This document shows positions 8,945 through 17,619 of a stretch of 32,546 nt of DNA, piece by piece. Under the pieces are notes generated by a model that was not told the origin of the DNA, searched no databases, and was given only the letters and a program-made list of their open reading frames with translations. The position numbers were made by a program, and so were the translations under genes. Positions within the stretch are counted from its first letter, which is position 1. The number at the start of each line of letters is the position of its first letter. The stretch is from Muribaculaceae bacterium (lineage in GTDB: Bacteria > Bacteroidota > Bacteroidia > Bacteroidales > Muribaculaceae), in the NCBI GenBank assembly GCA_021443235.1, contig JABUUJ010000013.1, positions 4,480-37,025 on the forward strand. Reading direction: 5' to 3'.

Positions 8945-9616
8945 TTAGTTGGTTTCAATCTTAACAGGTAACTCACGCTTGCTTTCGAGATGCGACGACT
9001 GCCACAGGTGCTCGGGAAAGACGATGTGGCCCGAGGTGCTGAAGCCGGTGGCGTGGAAGTATTTGCCTTGGGCAAGGTCGATGCCTTGGCGCATATAGGC
9101 CAGCTGAACGAGCTCGGTGCAATAGAGTCGCGTGGTGTCGCCTGTGTCGTAGTCGTCGTCAAACGCCACGCGCTGCGCCACCTTGTCGAGCGCCGCCAGT
9201 GTTGCCGCCATGGCGATGCTGTCGCTGCACCGCACCCTCGCCGTGCCGCCCGCCATTGCCCTGCCGGGATCGTAGAAAACTGCTATGGGCTCGCTCTTGA
9301 GCAGGTCGGGCTCGCCCACAGGCGCCTCGCTGGGCACTGCGTGGACGACGTGCCATCCCTGCGGTGTGGCGCAGGCGATGCCCACGTGCGAGTAGTTGCC
9401 ATTGCTCGTGGTGGTCACCAGCAGGCTCTCGTTGCCCAGCCCGTTGCGAAATAGCAGGTCGCCCGAACGCAGGCTGGTGGTGTCGTAAAGCACCACGGCG
9501 TGGGTGGCTGCGAGGCGTGCCTTTCGCCACTGCGACCATCCCCACGCTGCAGCCGCTGCCACCAATATGGTGGACAGAGTGCCCGCACCGATTTTAAGAG
9601 ATAACGGCCATTTCAT
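8945..9616 (-). CDS. YiiX/YebB-like permuted papain-like (NlpC/P60) amidase with N-terminal membrane anchor
   Basis: LRSGDLLFR, YSHVGI (His) before YCTELV (Cys), the permuted order; start set at ATG 9616 (MKWPL) because the upstream extension overlaps the GT2 gene. Confidence 0.8.
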   Translation of the reverse strand: MKWPLSLKIGAGTLSTILVAAAAAWGWSQWRKARLAATHAVVLYDTTSLRSGDLLFRNGLGNESLLVTTTSNGNYSHVGIACATPQGWHVVHAVPSEAPVGEPDLLKSEPIAVFYDPGRAMAGGTARVRCSDSIAMAATLAALDKVAQRVAFDDDYDTGDTTRLYCTELVQLAYMRQGIDLAQGKYFHATGFSTSGHIVFPEHLWQSSHLESKRELPVKIETN

Positions 9617-9672
9617 AGCATGCTTTGCTTTCAATGGCAAATTTAGTGAAATACTGCCAATTTTCCAAATGT

Positions 9673-10671
9673 TTAGAACACTTTGCGTCGGCGCAGATAG
9701 TAGTCGGTGACAATGTTGCACTTGCACTCGGGCATCTCCTTGAGAAGGTTGCGGCTGGGATGCTGGGTGTAGTTGCGGCGCATCTTGCGGAAGTCGGCGT
9801 GCGCCTTGATAATGGCGCGCGCGTCGCCCCAGTGGAACTTGGCAATCGCCATACCCCATGCCAGCGTGTCGAGCAGTCGTCGCACGATGAGAAGTCGCTT
9901 GCCCTCGCTCTTGGGCAGGTTTTTGTGCAGCAGTAGCAGGTTGTTGCGGAAGTTGAGATAGGTCTTGCGCGGGTTGCCGTATGCCAGGCTGGCGCCGCCC
10001 AGATGATAGACGCGGCTCGTGGGAAGCATCATCACAGTGCTGCCGCTCAGGATGATGCGCCAGCACAGGTCAATCTCCTCCATGTGGGCAAAAAAGTCTT
10101 TGTCGAGGCCGCCCACCTCGCGGTAGAGTTGGGTGCGGCACATCAAGCACGCTCCGCTCGCCCACACGATACTGCGCGGCTCGCCGTCGTACTGCCCGTT
10201 GTCCATTTCCACGCTGTCGAAGATGCGTCCGCGGCAATAGGGATAGCCGTGGCAGTCGATATATCCGCCAGCGGCTCCGGCATAGTCAAACATCTCACCG
10301 TCAACGCCATCGTGCAGTAGTTTGGGCTGCACGGCGCCCACTTCGGGGTGTGCCTCCATGTAGTCGAGCATAGGGTCGAGCCAGTGCTCGGGTGTGCGCA
10401 CGTCACTGTTGAGCAGCACGGTGTAATCATTCTCGGTGACGGCGATGGCGCGGTTATAGCCCTCGGCAAAGCCGTAGTTTTGGTCAAGTGCTATTACCCT
10501 GACCGACGGGAACTCCTGCTTAAGAACGGCAAGGCTCTCATCGGTGCTGCCGTTATCGGCCACCACCACCTGTGCGATGTCGGGGTTGGTGTTTTGCACC
10601 ACGCTTGGCAGGTATTTGCGCAGCAGCGCCGCCCCGTTCCAGTTCAAAATTATTACTGCAACCTTCTTCAT
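9673..10671 (-). CDS. Glycosyltransferase family 2
   Basis: VIILNWNG, ADNGSTD, NYGFAEGYN, LLNSD, WASGACL, FFAHMEEIDLCWR, VYHLGG. Confidence 0.92.
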   Translation of the reverse strand: MKKVAVIILNWNGAALLRKYLPSVVQNTNPDIAQVVVADNGSTDESLAVLKQEFPSVRVIALDQNYGFAEGYNRAIAVTENDYTVLLNSDVRTPEHWLDPMLDYMEAHPEVGAVQPKLLHDGVDGEMFDYAGAAGGYIDCHGYPYCRGRIFDSVEMDNGQYDGEPRSIVWASGACLMCRTQLYREVGGLDKDFFAHMEEIDLCWRIILSGSTVMMLPTSRVYHLGGASLAYGNPRKTYLNFRNNLLLLHKNLPKSEGKRLLIVRRLLDTLAWGMAIAKFHWGDARAIIKAHADFRKMRRNYTQHPSRNLLKEMPECKCNIVTDYYLRRRKVF

Positions 10672-10720
10672 TCAGCAAAAACTATCTATTTCTCTTTTAA
10701 AACCTCAAGATCTCCCTCTA

Positions 10721-10820
10721 TAACCCCTAAACAATAACCCCTAAACAATAAACTATAAACCCTAAACCCTAAACCCTAAACCCTAAACAATAAACTCTAA
10801 ACAATAAACATTAAACATTA
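10721..10820. repeat. Heptamer tandem array, 14 in-phase units (TAAACNN), overlapping the mtaB stop codon
   Basis: TAACCCC TAAACAA TAACCCC TAAACAA TAAACTA (TAAACCC)x4 TAAACAA TAAACTC TAAACAA TAAACAT TAAACAT TA. Confidence 0.95.
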
Positions 10821-12116
10821 CACCAGTGATCCATTGACTGTTAGGTCACTGTTTAACGTGTCGAGGCGTGCCATAGCCACGGTGTTGACCAGCAGGGGCT
10901 CGTGTGGCACGGCGACGCGTATGTAGTTGTCGGTGAAGCCCAGCATGGGGCCGTCGCCGTGGGGCGCTTCAAATAGAACGGGGCGCACGGCGCCCAGATA
11001 TCGCTTGATAAACTCGCGCTGTTTGCGGTCGCTAAGTTCAATCATGCGCTGGGTGCGTGCCTGCTTCTCGGCCTGGCTCACTACATAAGGGATGCGCAGC
11101 GCCATTGTGCCCGGACGCTCGCTGTAGGGGAACACGTGCAGGTGCTGCAAGTCGAGCGAGGCGATGAAGTTGTAGCTGTCGTCGAAGCACTCGGGCGTCT
11201 CGCCGCGGCTGCCCACCATCACGTCCACGCCGATAAAGCAGTGTGGCATAAGCTCCTTGCAGCGTCTCACCTTCTGCTCAAAAAGGGCGCGGTCGTAGTG
11301 GCGTCGCATGAGGTGGAGCACCTCGTCGTTGCCGCACTGCAGCGGAATGTGGAAATGGGGCATGAAGGCGCGCGACTGTGCGCAGAACTCAATTACCTCG
11401 TCGGTGAGCAGGTCGGGCTCGATTGACGAGATGCGGTAGCGCTCTATTCCCTCGATGGCGTCGAATGCCTTGATAAGGTCAATGAAACGCTCGCCAGTGT
11501 TTTTGCCAAAGTCGCCAATGTTGACGCCGGTGATGACGATTTCCTTGCCGCCACGGCTCGCCACCTCTTGTGCCTGAGCCACAAGGCTCTCGATTGTGCC
11601 GCTGCGGCTGCGTCCGCGTGCCATAGGTATGGTACAGTAGCTGCAGTAGTAGTCGCAGCCGTCTTGCACCTTGAGCCAGTATCGGGTGCGGTCGCCACAC
11701 TCGCACGAGGGGTTGAAGCGGCGTATGTCGCGTGTGGGCGTAACGGCCTCGACCGACTGGTGGTCGCCGAGCCATTGCGTCACATATTTCACTATGTCGG
11801 CCTTCTGCTCGTTGCCCAGCACGATGTGCACGCCGGGGATGGCTGCTATCTCGCTGCTCTTGAGCTGCGCGTAGCACCCGGTGACGACGACAAGTGCATG
11901 GGGGTATCGCTTGACGAGGCTGCGTATGCGTTGGCGGCCTTTCTTGTCGGCGAGTTCGGTCACGCTGCAGGTGTTGAGCACGCACACGTCGGGCGTCTGC
12001 CCTTGGCTGGCGGTGACGATGCCGGCTTGTGCGAGCAGTTGTTGCAGGGTTGCTGTCTCCGAGAAGTTGAGTTTGCATCCCAGTGTTTCAAAGTAAACAG
12101 TCTTTTGTCGTTCCAT
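10818..12116 (-). CDS. mtaB: tRNA t6A37 methylthiotransferase MtaB (radical SAM)
   Basis: TLGCKLNFSET, LNTCSVT, VTGCYAQL, LKVQDGCDYYCSYCTIP (CxxxCxxC), SSIEP, HVFPYSERPGT, GFTDNYIRV; start ATG 12116. Confidence 0.9.
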   Translation of the reverse strand: MERQKTVYFETLGCKLNFSETATLQQLLAQAGIVTASQGQTPDVCVLNTCSVTELADKKGRQRIRSLVKRYPHALVVVTGCYAQLKSSEIAAIPGVHIVLGNEQKADIVKYVTQWLGDHQSVEAVTPTRDIRRFNPSCECGDRTRYWLKVQDGCDYYCSYCTIPMARGRSRSGTIESLVAQAQEVASRGGKEIVITGVNIGDFGKNTGERFIDLIKAFDAIEGIERYRISSIEPDLLTDEVIEFCAQSRAFMPHFHIPLQCGNDEVLHLMRRHYDRALFEQKVRRCKELMPHCFIGVDVMVGSRGETPECFDDSYNFIASLDLQHLHVFPYSERPGTMALRIPYVVSQAEKQARTQRMIELSDRKQREFIKRYLGAVRPVLFEAPHGDGPMLGFTDNYIRVAVPHEPLLVNTVAMARLDTLNSDLTVNGSLV

Positions 12117-12124
12117 TTTCACTG

Positions 12125-12132
12125 CAAAGTTA
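12125..12132 (-). promoter_or_regulatory. -7 promoter element for mtaB
   Basis: TAACTTTG on the minus strand a few bases upstream of the ATG. Confidence 0.55.
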
Positions 12133-12208
12133 CCACAAAATACCCGATTACCCTAAAGTCTTGCTAAATTTTGCTACGATCGTGACATGAATAATGCACT
12201 AATAGGAT

Positions 12209-12216
12209 TAACTTTG
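12209..12216 (+). promoter_or_regulatory. -7 promoter element for the GH43 gene
   Basis: TAACTTTG 14 bp before the ATG. Confidence 0.55.
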
Positions 12217-12230
12217 CCAAAAATTAGCGA

Positions 12231-13178
12231 ATGATGAAATCTCTATCTCTTTATCTCATTATATGTGTTAGTGTAGTGACGCTGGCAACATCGTGCCGCC
12301 AAACCAAGCTCCTTGAGCTGGGAGCCAACCCGTTCATAACCCACATGTACACTGCCGACCCCTCGGCGCATGTGTGGCCCGACGGCCGCCTCTATGTCTA
12401 TGCCTCTCACGACATTTACCCGCCCAAAGGTTGTGACCTGATGGATAAATACCACGTGTTCTCGACCGACGATATGAAAAACTGGAAAGACCACGGCGAA
12501 ATCGTCAATAGCGACATGGTGAAGTGGGGGAGGCCCGAGGGTGGATGGATGTGGGCTCCTGATTGTGCCTATAGGAATGGGAAATACTACTTCTATTTCC
12601 CGCATCCCAGCGAGACCTATGTGAGCTCGTCGTGGAAAATCGGTGTGGCGGTGAGCAACTATCCCGACCGTGGCTTCACGGTGCTTGACCAGCCCATTCC
12701 AGGCATGGGTGGATGGGACATGATTGACCCGGCGGTGTTTATCGACGACGACGGGCAAGCCTATATCTACTACAGTGGCCGAGGACATTGCTACGGCGGC
12801 AAACTCAAGGAAAACATGGTGGAGCTCGACGGCGAGATAACCGATATGCAAGGTCTGCACGATTTCCACGAGGGAGCGTGGGTGCATAAGTACAACGGCA
12901 AGTACTACCTGAGTTATGCCGACAATTTCGATGGTGCCAACCGTATGGTTTACTGCATGGGTGACAGTCCGTTAGGACCGTGGACCTACAAGGGCATCAT
13001 TCTCGCTGCCACCAGCTGCGCGATGAGTCACGGCAGCATTGTCGAGTATAAGGGCGAGTGGTTCCTTTTCTATCACAACAGCGACTTGAGCCACCGCAAC
13101 GAGCTGCGCTCGATATGTGTCGACAAGCTCTACTACAACCCCGACGGCACCATCCGCCTCGTCTCGCAACACCGATAG
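12231..13178 (+). CDS. Glycoside hydrolase family 43 lipoprotein (xylosidase/arabinofuranosidase-like)
   Basis: Lipobox LATSC; YTADPSAHV, WAPD, IDPAVFIDDDG, FHEG catalytic motifs; HGSIVEYKGEWFLFYH. Confidence 0.9.
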   Translation: MMKSLSLYLIICVSVVTLATSCRQTKLLELGANPFITHMYTADPSAHVWPDGRLYVYASHDIYPPKGCDLMDKYHVFSTDDMKNWKDHGEIVNSDMVKWGRPEGGWMWAPDCAYRNGKYYFYFPHPSETYVSSSWKIGVAVSNYPDRGFTVLDQPIPGMGGWDMIDPAVFIDDDGQAYIYYSGRGHCYGGKLKENMVELDGEITDMQGLHDFHEGAWVHKYNGKYYLSYADNFDGANRMVYCMGDSPLGPWTYKGIILAATSCAMSHGSIVEYKGEWFLFYHNSDLSHRNELRSICVDKLYYNPDGTIRLVSQHR

Positions 13179-13206
13179 CTTGGTTTGTCAAGTAGCGGCT
13201 GCGCCG

Positions 13207-13355
13207 CAAGTTTATCAAGTTCATCAAGTTTATCAAGTTTATCAAGTTTTTTGCCGAAATCTTGAATTTTCGAGTTCTCGAAATCCCTATAAACAATAAA
13301 CCATAAACTATAAACTTTAAAAACAATAAACTCTAAACTCTAAACTCTTCTCTTT
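13207..13355 (+). repeat. Composite element: 9-mer array (CAAGTTTAT-like x5) + GAAATCCCTA junction + heptamer TAAACNN array + TTCTCTTT
   Basis: 9-mers at 13207-13251; heptamers at 13290-13347; homologous inverted copy at 17620-17755. Confidence 0.9.
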
Positions 13356-13380
13356 AGGCAACTATATAACTTTTCAGCAT

Positions 13381-13439
13381 GATTGAACATTTTTGTGCGA
13401 TTGACTGAACATTTTTGTTCAACAGACTGAACATTTTGT
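13381..13439. repeat. Three direct repeats GAYTGAACATTTT(T)GT at 22-bp period
   Basis: Copies start at 13381, 13403, 13425 with different 6-bp spacers. Confidence 0.85.
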
Positions 13440-13553
13440 AAATTCTTGACGTTATAAGTTGAAACATAGCAATATGCCAACCATCACAACTAAATATTAT
13501 GAAATGTGAAATTAAAGTTGGGGTGGTTTTAACCTTTATTTGGTGTGTTTTAT

Positions 13554-13584
13554 TTTGCTATGTTGTCAACTTGCAGTAACTTTG
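13554..13584 (+). promoter_or_regulatory. Primary-sigma promoter of the FKBP operon
   Basis: TTTG 13554-13557, 19-bp spacer, TAACTTTG 13577-13584. Confidence 0.7.
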
Positions 13585-13619
13585 CAGTCTGGAATTGAAA
13601 AACAAGAGAAAAAGTATAA

Positions 13620-14219
13620 ATGGACAAATTAAGTTATGCACTGGGTCTTAGCATGGCCCAAAATTTCATGGGCACAGGCATCCACTCGATTAACGCGGAT
13701 GACTTTGCCGCCGCCCTTAAGGCAGTTTACAACAACGAGGAGAAGCTCATGTCGTTTGAGGAGGCCAAGAAGGTCGTGACCGACTATTTCACCGCGCTTG
13801 AGGAGGAGACCAAGAAGAACAATGCCGAGGCTGGCAAGAAGTTCCTTGAGGAAAACGCCAAGGATCCCGCCGTTAAAATCACCGAGAGCGGCCTGCAGTA
13901 TATAGTGGTTAAGGAAGGCGAGGGCATCAAGCCCAAGGCGAGTGACGCTGTGACAGTTCATTACACTGGCCGCCTGATCGATGGCACAGTATTTGACAGC
14001 AGCGAGCAGCGCGGCGAGCCCGCCACCTTTGCGGTGGGTCAGGTGATTCCCGGATGGGTTGAGGGCCTGCAGCTCATGAGCGAGGGCTCGGCCTATCGTT
14101 TCTTCATCCCCAGTGAGCTGGCCTACGGCACCTATGGCACTGGTCCCATCCAGCCCAACTCGACTCTTATCTTCGACGTGCAGCTCATCAAGGTGCAGCG
14201 CAGCGGCGATGGCAAGTAA
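13620..14219 (+). CDS. fklB: FKBP-type peptidyl-prolyl isomerase (FklB-like)
   Basis: MDKLSYALG N-domain; TESGLQY, VTVHYTGRLIDGTVFDSS, VIPGWVEGLQLM, IPSELAYG, PNSTLIFDVQL. Confidence 0.9.
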   Translation: MDKLSYALGLSMAQNFMGTGIHSINADDFAAALKAVYNNEEKLMSFEEAKKVVTDYFTALEEETKKNNAEAGKKFLEENAKDPAVKITESGLQYIVVKEGEGIKPKASDAVTVHYTGRLIDGTVFDSSEQRGEPATFAVGQVIPGWVEGLQLMSEGSAYRFFIPSELAYGTYGTGPIQPNSTLIFDVQLIKVQRSGDGK

Positions 14220-14268
14220 AGAATCAGATAACACAAAACAATAAACACAAATTTTATAGAACAAAGAA

Positions 14269-15159
14269 ATGAAAAAGATTTTTTCTATCGCTCTTGTAGC
14301 TGTCTGCGCTTTTGGCATGGTGGCTTGCAACGAGAAGGGTGCCGCTAAAGGAGAAAGCGCACTCGCCGATTCAGTGAGTATGTCGTTTGGCGACCTCTAT
14401 GGCAACGGCATGGCCCAGCAAATCAAGATGGACTCTACCATCGACATGGCCGAGGTTCTCAAGGGCATCCAGTATGTCCTCAAGTCAGACACAAGCAAGG
14501 CGTTCCAGACTGGTATCCAGGTTGGCATGCAGATTTCAAACATGTATGGCGGCGTTAAGCAGCAGTATGGCATCGAAATCAACAAGAAGCTCTTCATGGA
14601 GCACTTCAAGAAGGCTCTCATGAGCGACTCGACCGCGACCCGCGAGCAGATGATGGCTCTGCAGATGGCTCTTGAGCCCCTCCTGGAGCGTGCTGCCGCT
14701 GAGGCTAAGGCCAACGATCCCAGGGCTATTGAGAACAAGAAGGCTGGTGAGGCATTCCTCAACAAGAAGGTTGCCGAGGGTTACACCAAGACCAAGTCGG
14801 GCCTTGCCTACAAGGTGCTGGCCGAGGGTAATGGCGAGAACTTCAAGGAGAACGACGTGGTTATGACCAAGTATGTGGGCAAGCACATCGACGGCAAGGA
14901 GTTTGACAGCAGCCGCGGTGAGGCGGTTCCATTCAACCTCAAGGCTGTTGTTCCCGGCTTCTCTGAGATGATTCAGCTCATGAAGCCTGGCATGAAGGTA
15001 GAGGTGGTTATTCCCAGCGAGCTCGCTTATGCCGAGAATGGCAACCAGGTTATTGGCCCCAATGAGACTCTCGTGTTTGAGATTGAGACCGTAGGCGTTA
15101 AGATTGCCGAGGGCCCCAATGGCGAGAAGGTTCCCGTAGAGGCCGCCGACATCAAGTAA
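14269..15159 (+). CDS. FKBP-type peptidyl-prolyl isomerase, lipoprotein (FkpA/Mip-like)
   Basis: Lipobox MVAC; DSVSMSFG; YVGKHIDGKEFDSS, VVPGFSEMIQLM, IPSELAY, PNETLVFEIE. Confidence 0.9.
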   Translation: MKKIFSIALVAVCAFGMVACNEKGAAKGESALADSVSMSFGDLYGNGMAQQIKMDSTIDMAEVLKGIQYVLKSDTSKAFQTGIQVGMQISNMYGGVKQQYGIEINKKLFMEHFKKALMSDSTATREQMMALQMALEPLLERAAAEAKANDPRAIENKKAGEAFLNKKVAEGYTKTKSGLAYKVLAEGNGENFKENDVVMTKYVGKHIDGKEFDSSRGEAVPFNLKAVVPGFSEMIQLMKPGMKVEVVIPSELAYAENGNQVIGPNETLVFEIETVGVKIAEGPNGEKVPVEAADIK

Positions 15160-15181
15160 TAGCGCAACCCCGCAATAACAC

Positions 15182-15219
15182 AGCCCGGGCCCCCACACAC
15201 CAGTGGGCCCGGGCTTTTT
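15182..15219 (+). terminator. Intrinsic terminator of the FKBP operon
   Basis: AGCCCGGGCCC / GGGCCCGGGCT stem followed by a T run. Confidence 0.85.
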
Positions 15220-15758
15220 ATCTAAGTTTTCATCGTGCAGGGGATGCTGTAAGAAGAGGTGTGGGCAATTTGTGTCATTCGCACTCTATAGACGGACACA
15301 AAGTGTGTCTATGCTTACCCAAGAACCATCAGTGCGATTGGCACATTTATAAACCAGACCATTATTAACCCCAAATAGTTCATTAGAATTTTGAAGTATT
15401 TTTGATTTTATGTCGTGCTGATTTTTCTTGATTTATGAAGGAGCATAGCAAGTTTTCGATTTTTTTGAAAATAAATGGCACTAATTGGTCGTGATAAAAG
15501 ATTGTTAAAGCTAGCAACAGATTTTAATTATGGAAAAAGGGATTTTGATTAAGAAGAGTTTTCTTGAGTGCGGTTATAGAATCTCATAACTTAGTAATAT
15601 ATAGTGTTATAATGAGTGGTTTAAAATTAATTTAACGGCGGTTAATTTAATGGCGGTTAAATTAATTGAGTGCAAGGGTATATACAATTTATTGAAAATG
15701 CAATTTTTATTGGGTGGAAAATTGGGATGTGACGGGAAAAAGTGCTATCTTTGTGGGT

Positions 15759-16841
15759 ATGAATGGAGTGCAAGTGAAAAATGGGGGGCGTGTTCCCTAC
15801 CTCGACCTGATGAAAGGGGTCGCGATTTTCTTGGTGGTCATGGGTCATGTGATTGCGATGTGCATTCGCGGGCTCGACCGTGCGTTTATCTTCAAGTTGA
15901 TTGAGCAAACCCACATGCCCATCTTCTTCTTTGTGAGCGGTTTCCTGACCTACAAGGCCGGGTTTAGGGCGCCAAACCTCAAAAAGCGCTTGCTCCAGCT
16001 CATCGTGCCTATGCTGGTGATCACGCCCTTGTGGGTGTGGTATTTCCCGCATAGCGGACTGCAGTCGCCGTTGAGCAACAACCTCCCCGACTTGTATCGC
16101 AGCTACTGGAAAGACGGCTACTGGTTCCCGCTGTGCCTCTTCGAGTTGTTTTTGCTCTACTGGCCATTGAGCCAGGTGCTTGCGCGCATCAAGAGCTTTG
16201 CTGGCCAGGCTGTTGTGCTTGTGGTGGCATATGCGGCGCTCATCGCGTTGTCGCTGGCTTTCAGCGACGAGGCTGCCAACACAGACTATCTCGGCCTTGG
16301 GCTGCTTGCCCGCTTTTTCCCTGTGTTTATGATAGGCGTGATGGCGCGCAAGGCGGGCGACGCTTTCCAGCAGCTGCTGCACAACCCGTGGGCGATTTCG
16401 GTGACGATGCTGGTGACAGCGGTGGCGCTGTTTGCTATGGCTTATCCGTGGGATGCGCTGGGCGATGACCCGGCTGTGTGGAGTGGAGCGGCGTTTGCCA
16501 TCAGGCCAGTGCTGCATCTGGGCATAGCGATGCTCGTCATCCGCCTTGTTGAGCCGTGGGCGGCGAGCCAGATGCCGGCCGATGCCACAGTGCGCCCCAA
16601 TGCCGTGACGCGCTATTTCAACCTGCTGGGCAATGAGAGTCTGGGCATATATCTGCTGCACTACTTCTTCCTGTTCCCGCTCACTGTGCTGCAAGAGCCG
16701 CTCAATGCCATGAGTGTGCAGTTCCTGCCCATGGCGTTGGTGTCGGCATTGCTTGCGGTGCCCATCACAGGCATCACGCTGCTGCTCATCGCCCTGCTCA
16801 AGCACTCGTCGGTCACCTCCCGCCTTTTCCTGGGCAAATAA
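15759..16841 (+). CDS. Acyltransferase-3 family membrane O-acyltransferase
   Basis: RVPYLDLMKGVAIFLVVMGH, HMPIFFFVSG, RLLQLIVP, YWF, LGNESLGIYLLHY; about 10 hydrophobic segments; TATCTTTG -7 element at 15746-15753 supports ATG 15759. Confidence 0.88.
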   Translation: MNGVQVKNGGRVPYLDLMKGVAIFLVVMGHVIAMCIRGLDRAFIFKLIEQTHMPIFFFVSGFLTYKAGFRAPNLKKRLLQLIVPMLVITPLWVWYFPHSGLQSPLSNNLPDLYRSYWKDGYWFPLCLFELFLLYWPLSQVLARIKSFAGQAVVLVVAYAALIALSLAFSDEAANTDYLGLGLLARFFPVFMIGVMARKAGDAFQQLLHNPWAISVTMLVTAVALFAMAYPWDALGDDPAVWSGAAFAIRPVLHLGIAMLVIRLVEPWAASQMPADATVRPNAVTRYFNLLGNESLGIYLLHYFFLFPLTVLQEPLNAMSVQFLPMALVSALLAVPITGITLLLIALLKHSSVTSRLFLGK

Positions 16842-16854
16842 TATCAATCATATA

Positions 16855-16893
16855 ACAAATCAGCCTGCCCCATCATGGAGCAGGCTGATTTGT
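16855..16893. terminator. Bidirectional terminator between the acyltransferase and the tRNA
   Basis: ACAAATCAGCCTGC / GCAGGCTGATTTGT perfect 14-bp inverted repeat. Confidence 0.8.
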
Positions 16894-16894
16894 G

Positions 16895-16968
16895 TGGTCC
16901 CACTTGGGCTTGAACCAAGGACTCCCTGATTATGAGTCAGGTGCTCTGACCAACTGAGCTATAGGACC
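16895..16968 (-). tRNA. tRNA with CAT anticodon, most likely tRNA-Ile2 (lysidine); CCA not encoded
   Basis: GGTCCTATAGCTCAGTTGGTCAGAGCACCTGACTCATAATCAGGGAGTCCTTGGTTCAAGCCCAAGTGGGACCA folds as a cloverleaf; C4-G69 and C5-G68 pairs are TilS determinants; TACCTTTG promoter element at 17014-17021 (minus). Confidence 0.92.
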
Positions 16969-17268
16969 GGCTGATTGAGGGGCGCGGTGTTGTTGCAATC
17001 CTCAAAAGCAGTGCAAAGGTACTATTATTTATTGAAGTTGCCTAATTTTTGACCAATTTTCTCAAAAAATCAATGAATTTTGCTCAAAATCGCCTGAAGC
17101 AACGCCTTGAGATTGTGGCGTTGGCGCCGAACAATGAATCGCTGTGGACGCACAAAAATGCGGCAAAAATACGCAAAAAGTGTATCTAAAAGTTAATTAA
17201 CCTTAATTTTGTGATTAAACTGTAGCAAAAGTATTGTGTTTTAACTTATTTGAATTAATTTTGCACTG

Positions 17269-17334
17269 TGTTTTTCATGGTATTAGATTTAAGGTTAATT
17301 AAGATTGGTTGTCGTGAGACAATCAATTTTTTTT
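17269..17334 (+). ncRNA. Candidate ~65-nt small RNA
   Basis: TAATTTTG -7 element 17256-17263; no ORF on this strand; ATTGGTTGTC-GTGA-GACAATCAAT hairpin plus T run. Confidence 0.55.
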
Positions 17335-17451
17335 GTCCATATATAACCACGATTGGTTGATATTTCCTACTTGTTTGGGTGGTGAGAGAAATTTTGAATA
17401 ATTTTTCAAAAAAATTTTGTAAAATAAAAAACAATGCTTATATTTGCAACC

Positions 17452-17619
17452 GAAAAAGCGTGTGAACTCTTTCATAAGCACGTAATAAAACGTGTAAAAT
17501 CATTTAGTCTAAATTTCCCTAAGTCGATGGAATTAAGAGGTCGCATGTGAATGTAAAATCGCGATTTCACGACAGTGTGAGGGCATTCCGCAACGACGGT
17601 ATGCCCCCATTTTGTTTTT
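17452..17619 (+). ncRNA. Candidate ~165-nt structured non-coding RNA
   Basis: Consensus promoter TTTG 17416-19 / 19 bp / TATATTTG 17439-46; stem 17458-17471 with 17535-17548; inner hairpin CACGT/ACGTG; terminator GGGCATTCCG/CGGTATGCCC plus T-rich tail. Confidence 0.55.

Noticed and set aside
9617..10066. N-terminal extension of the 373-aa ORF 8945..10066
   Set aside because: Overlaps the GT2 gene in another frame with low-complexity composition; the real protein starts at ATG 9616.
10721..10820. Eukaryotic telomere contamination or misassembly
   Set aside because: Only four perfect units within a degenerate array that is in phase with the mtaB stop, and related heptamers recur at 13290 and 17620.
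12997..13326. ORFs with NLINLINL / VYQVHQVYQ repeats (also 17675-17884)
   Set aside because: Translations of the 9-mer DNA arrays that overlap real genes.
16895..16968. tRNA as an integration site with att duplication
   Set aside because: I found no duplicated tRNA 3' end and no integrase in the window.
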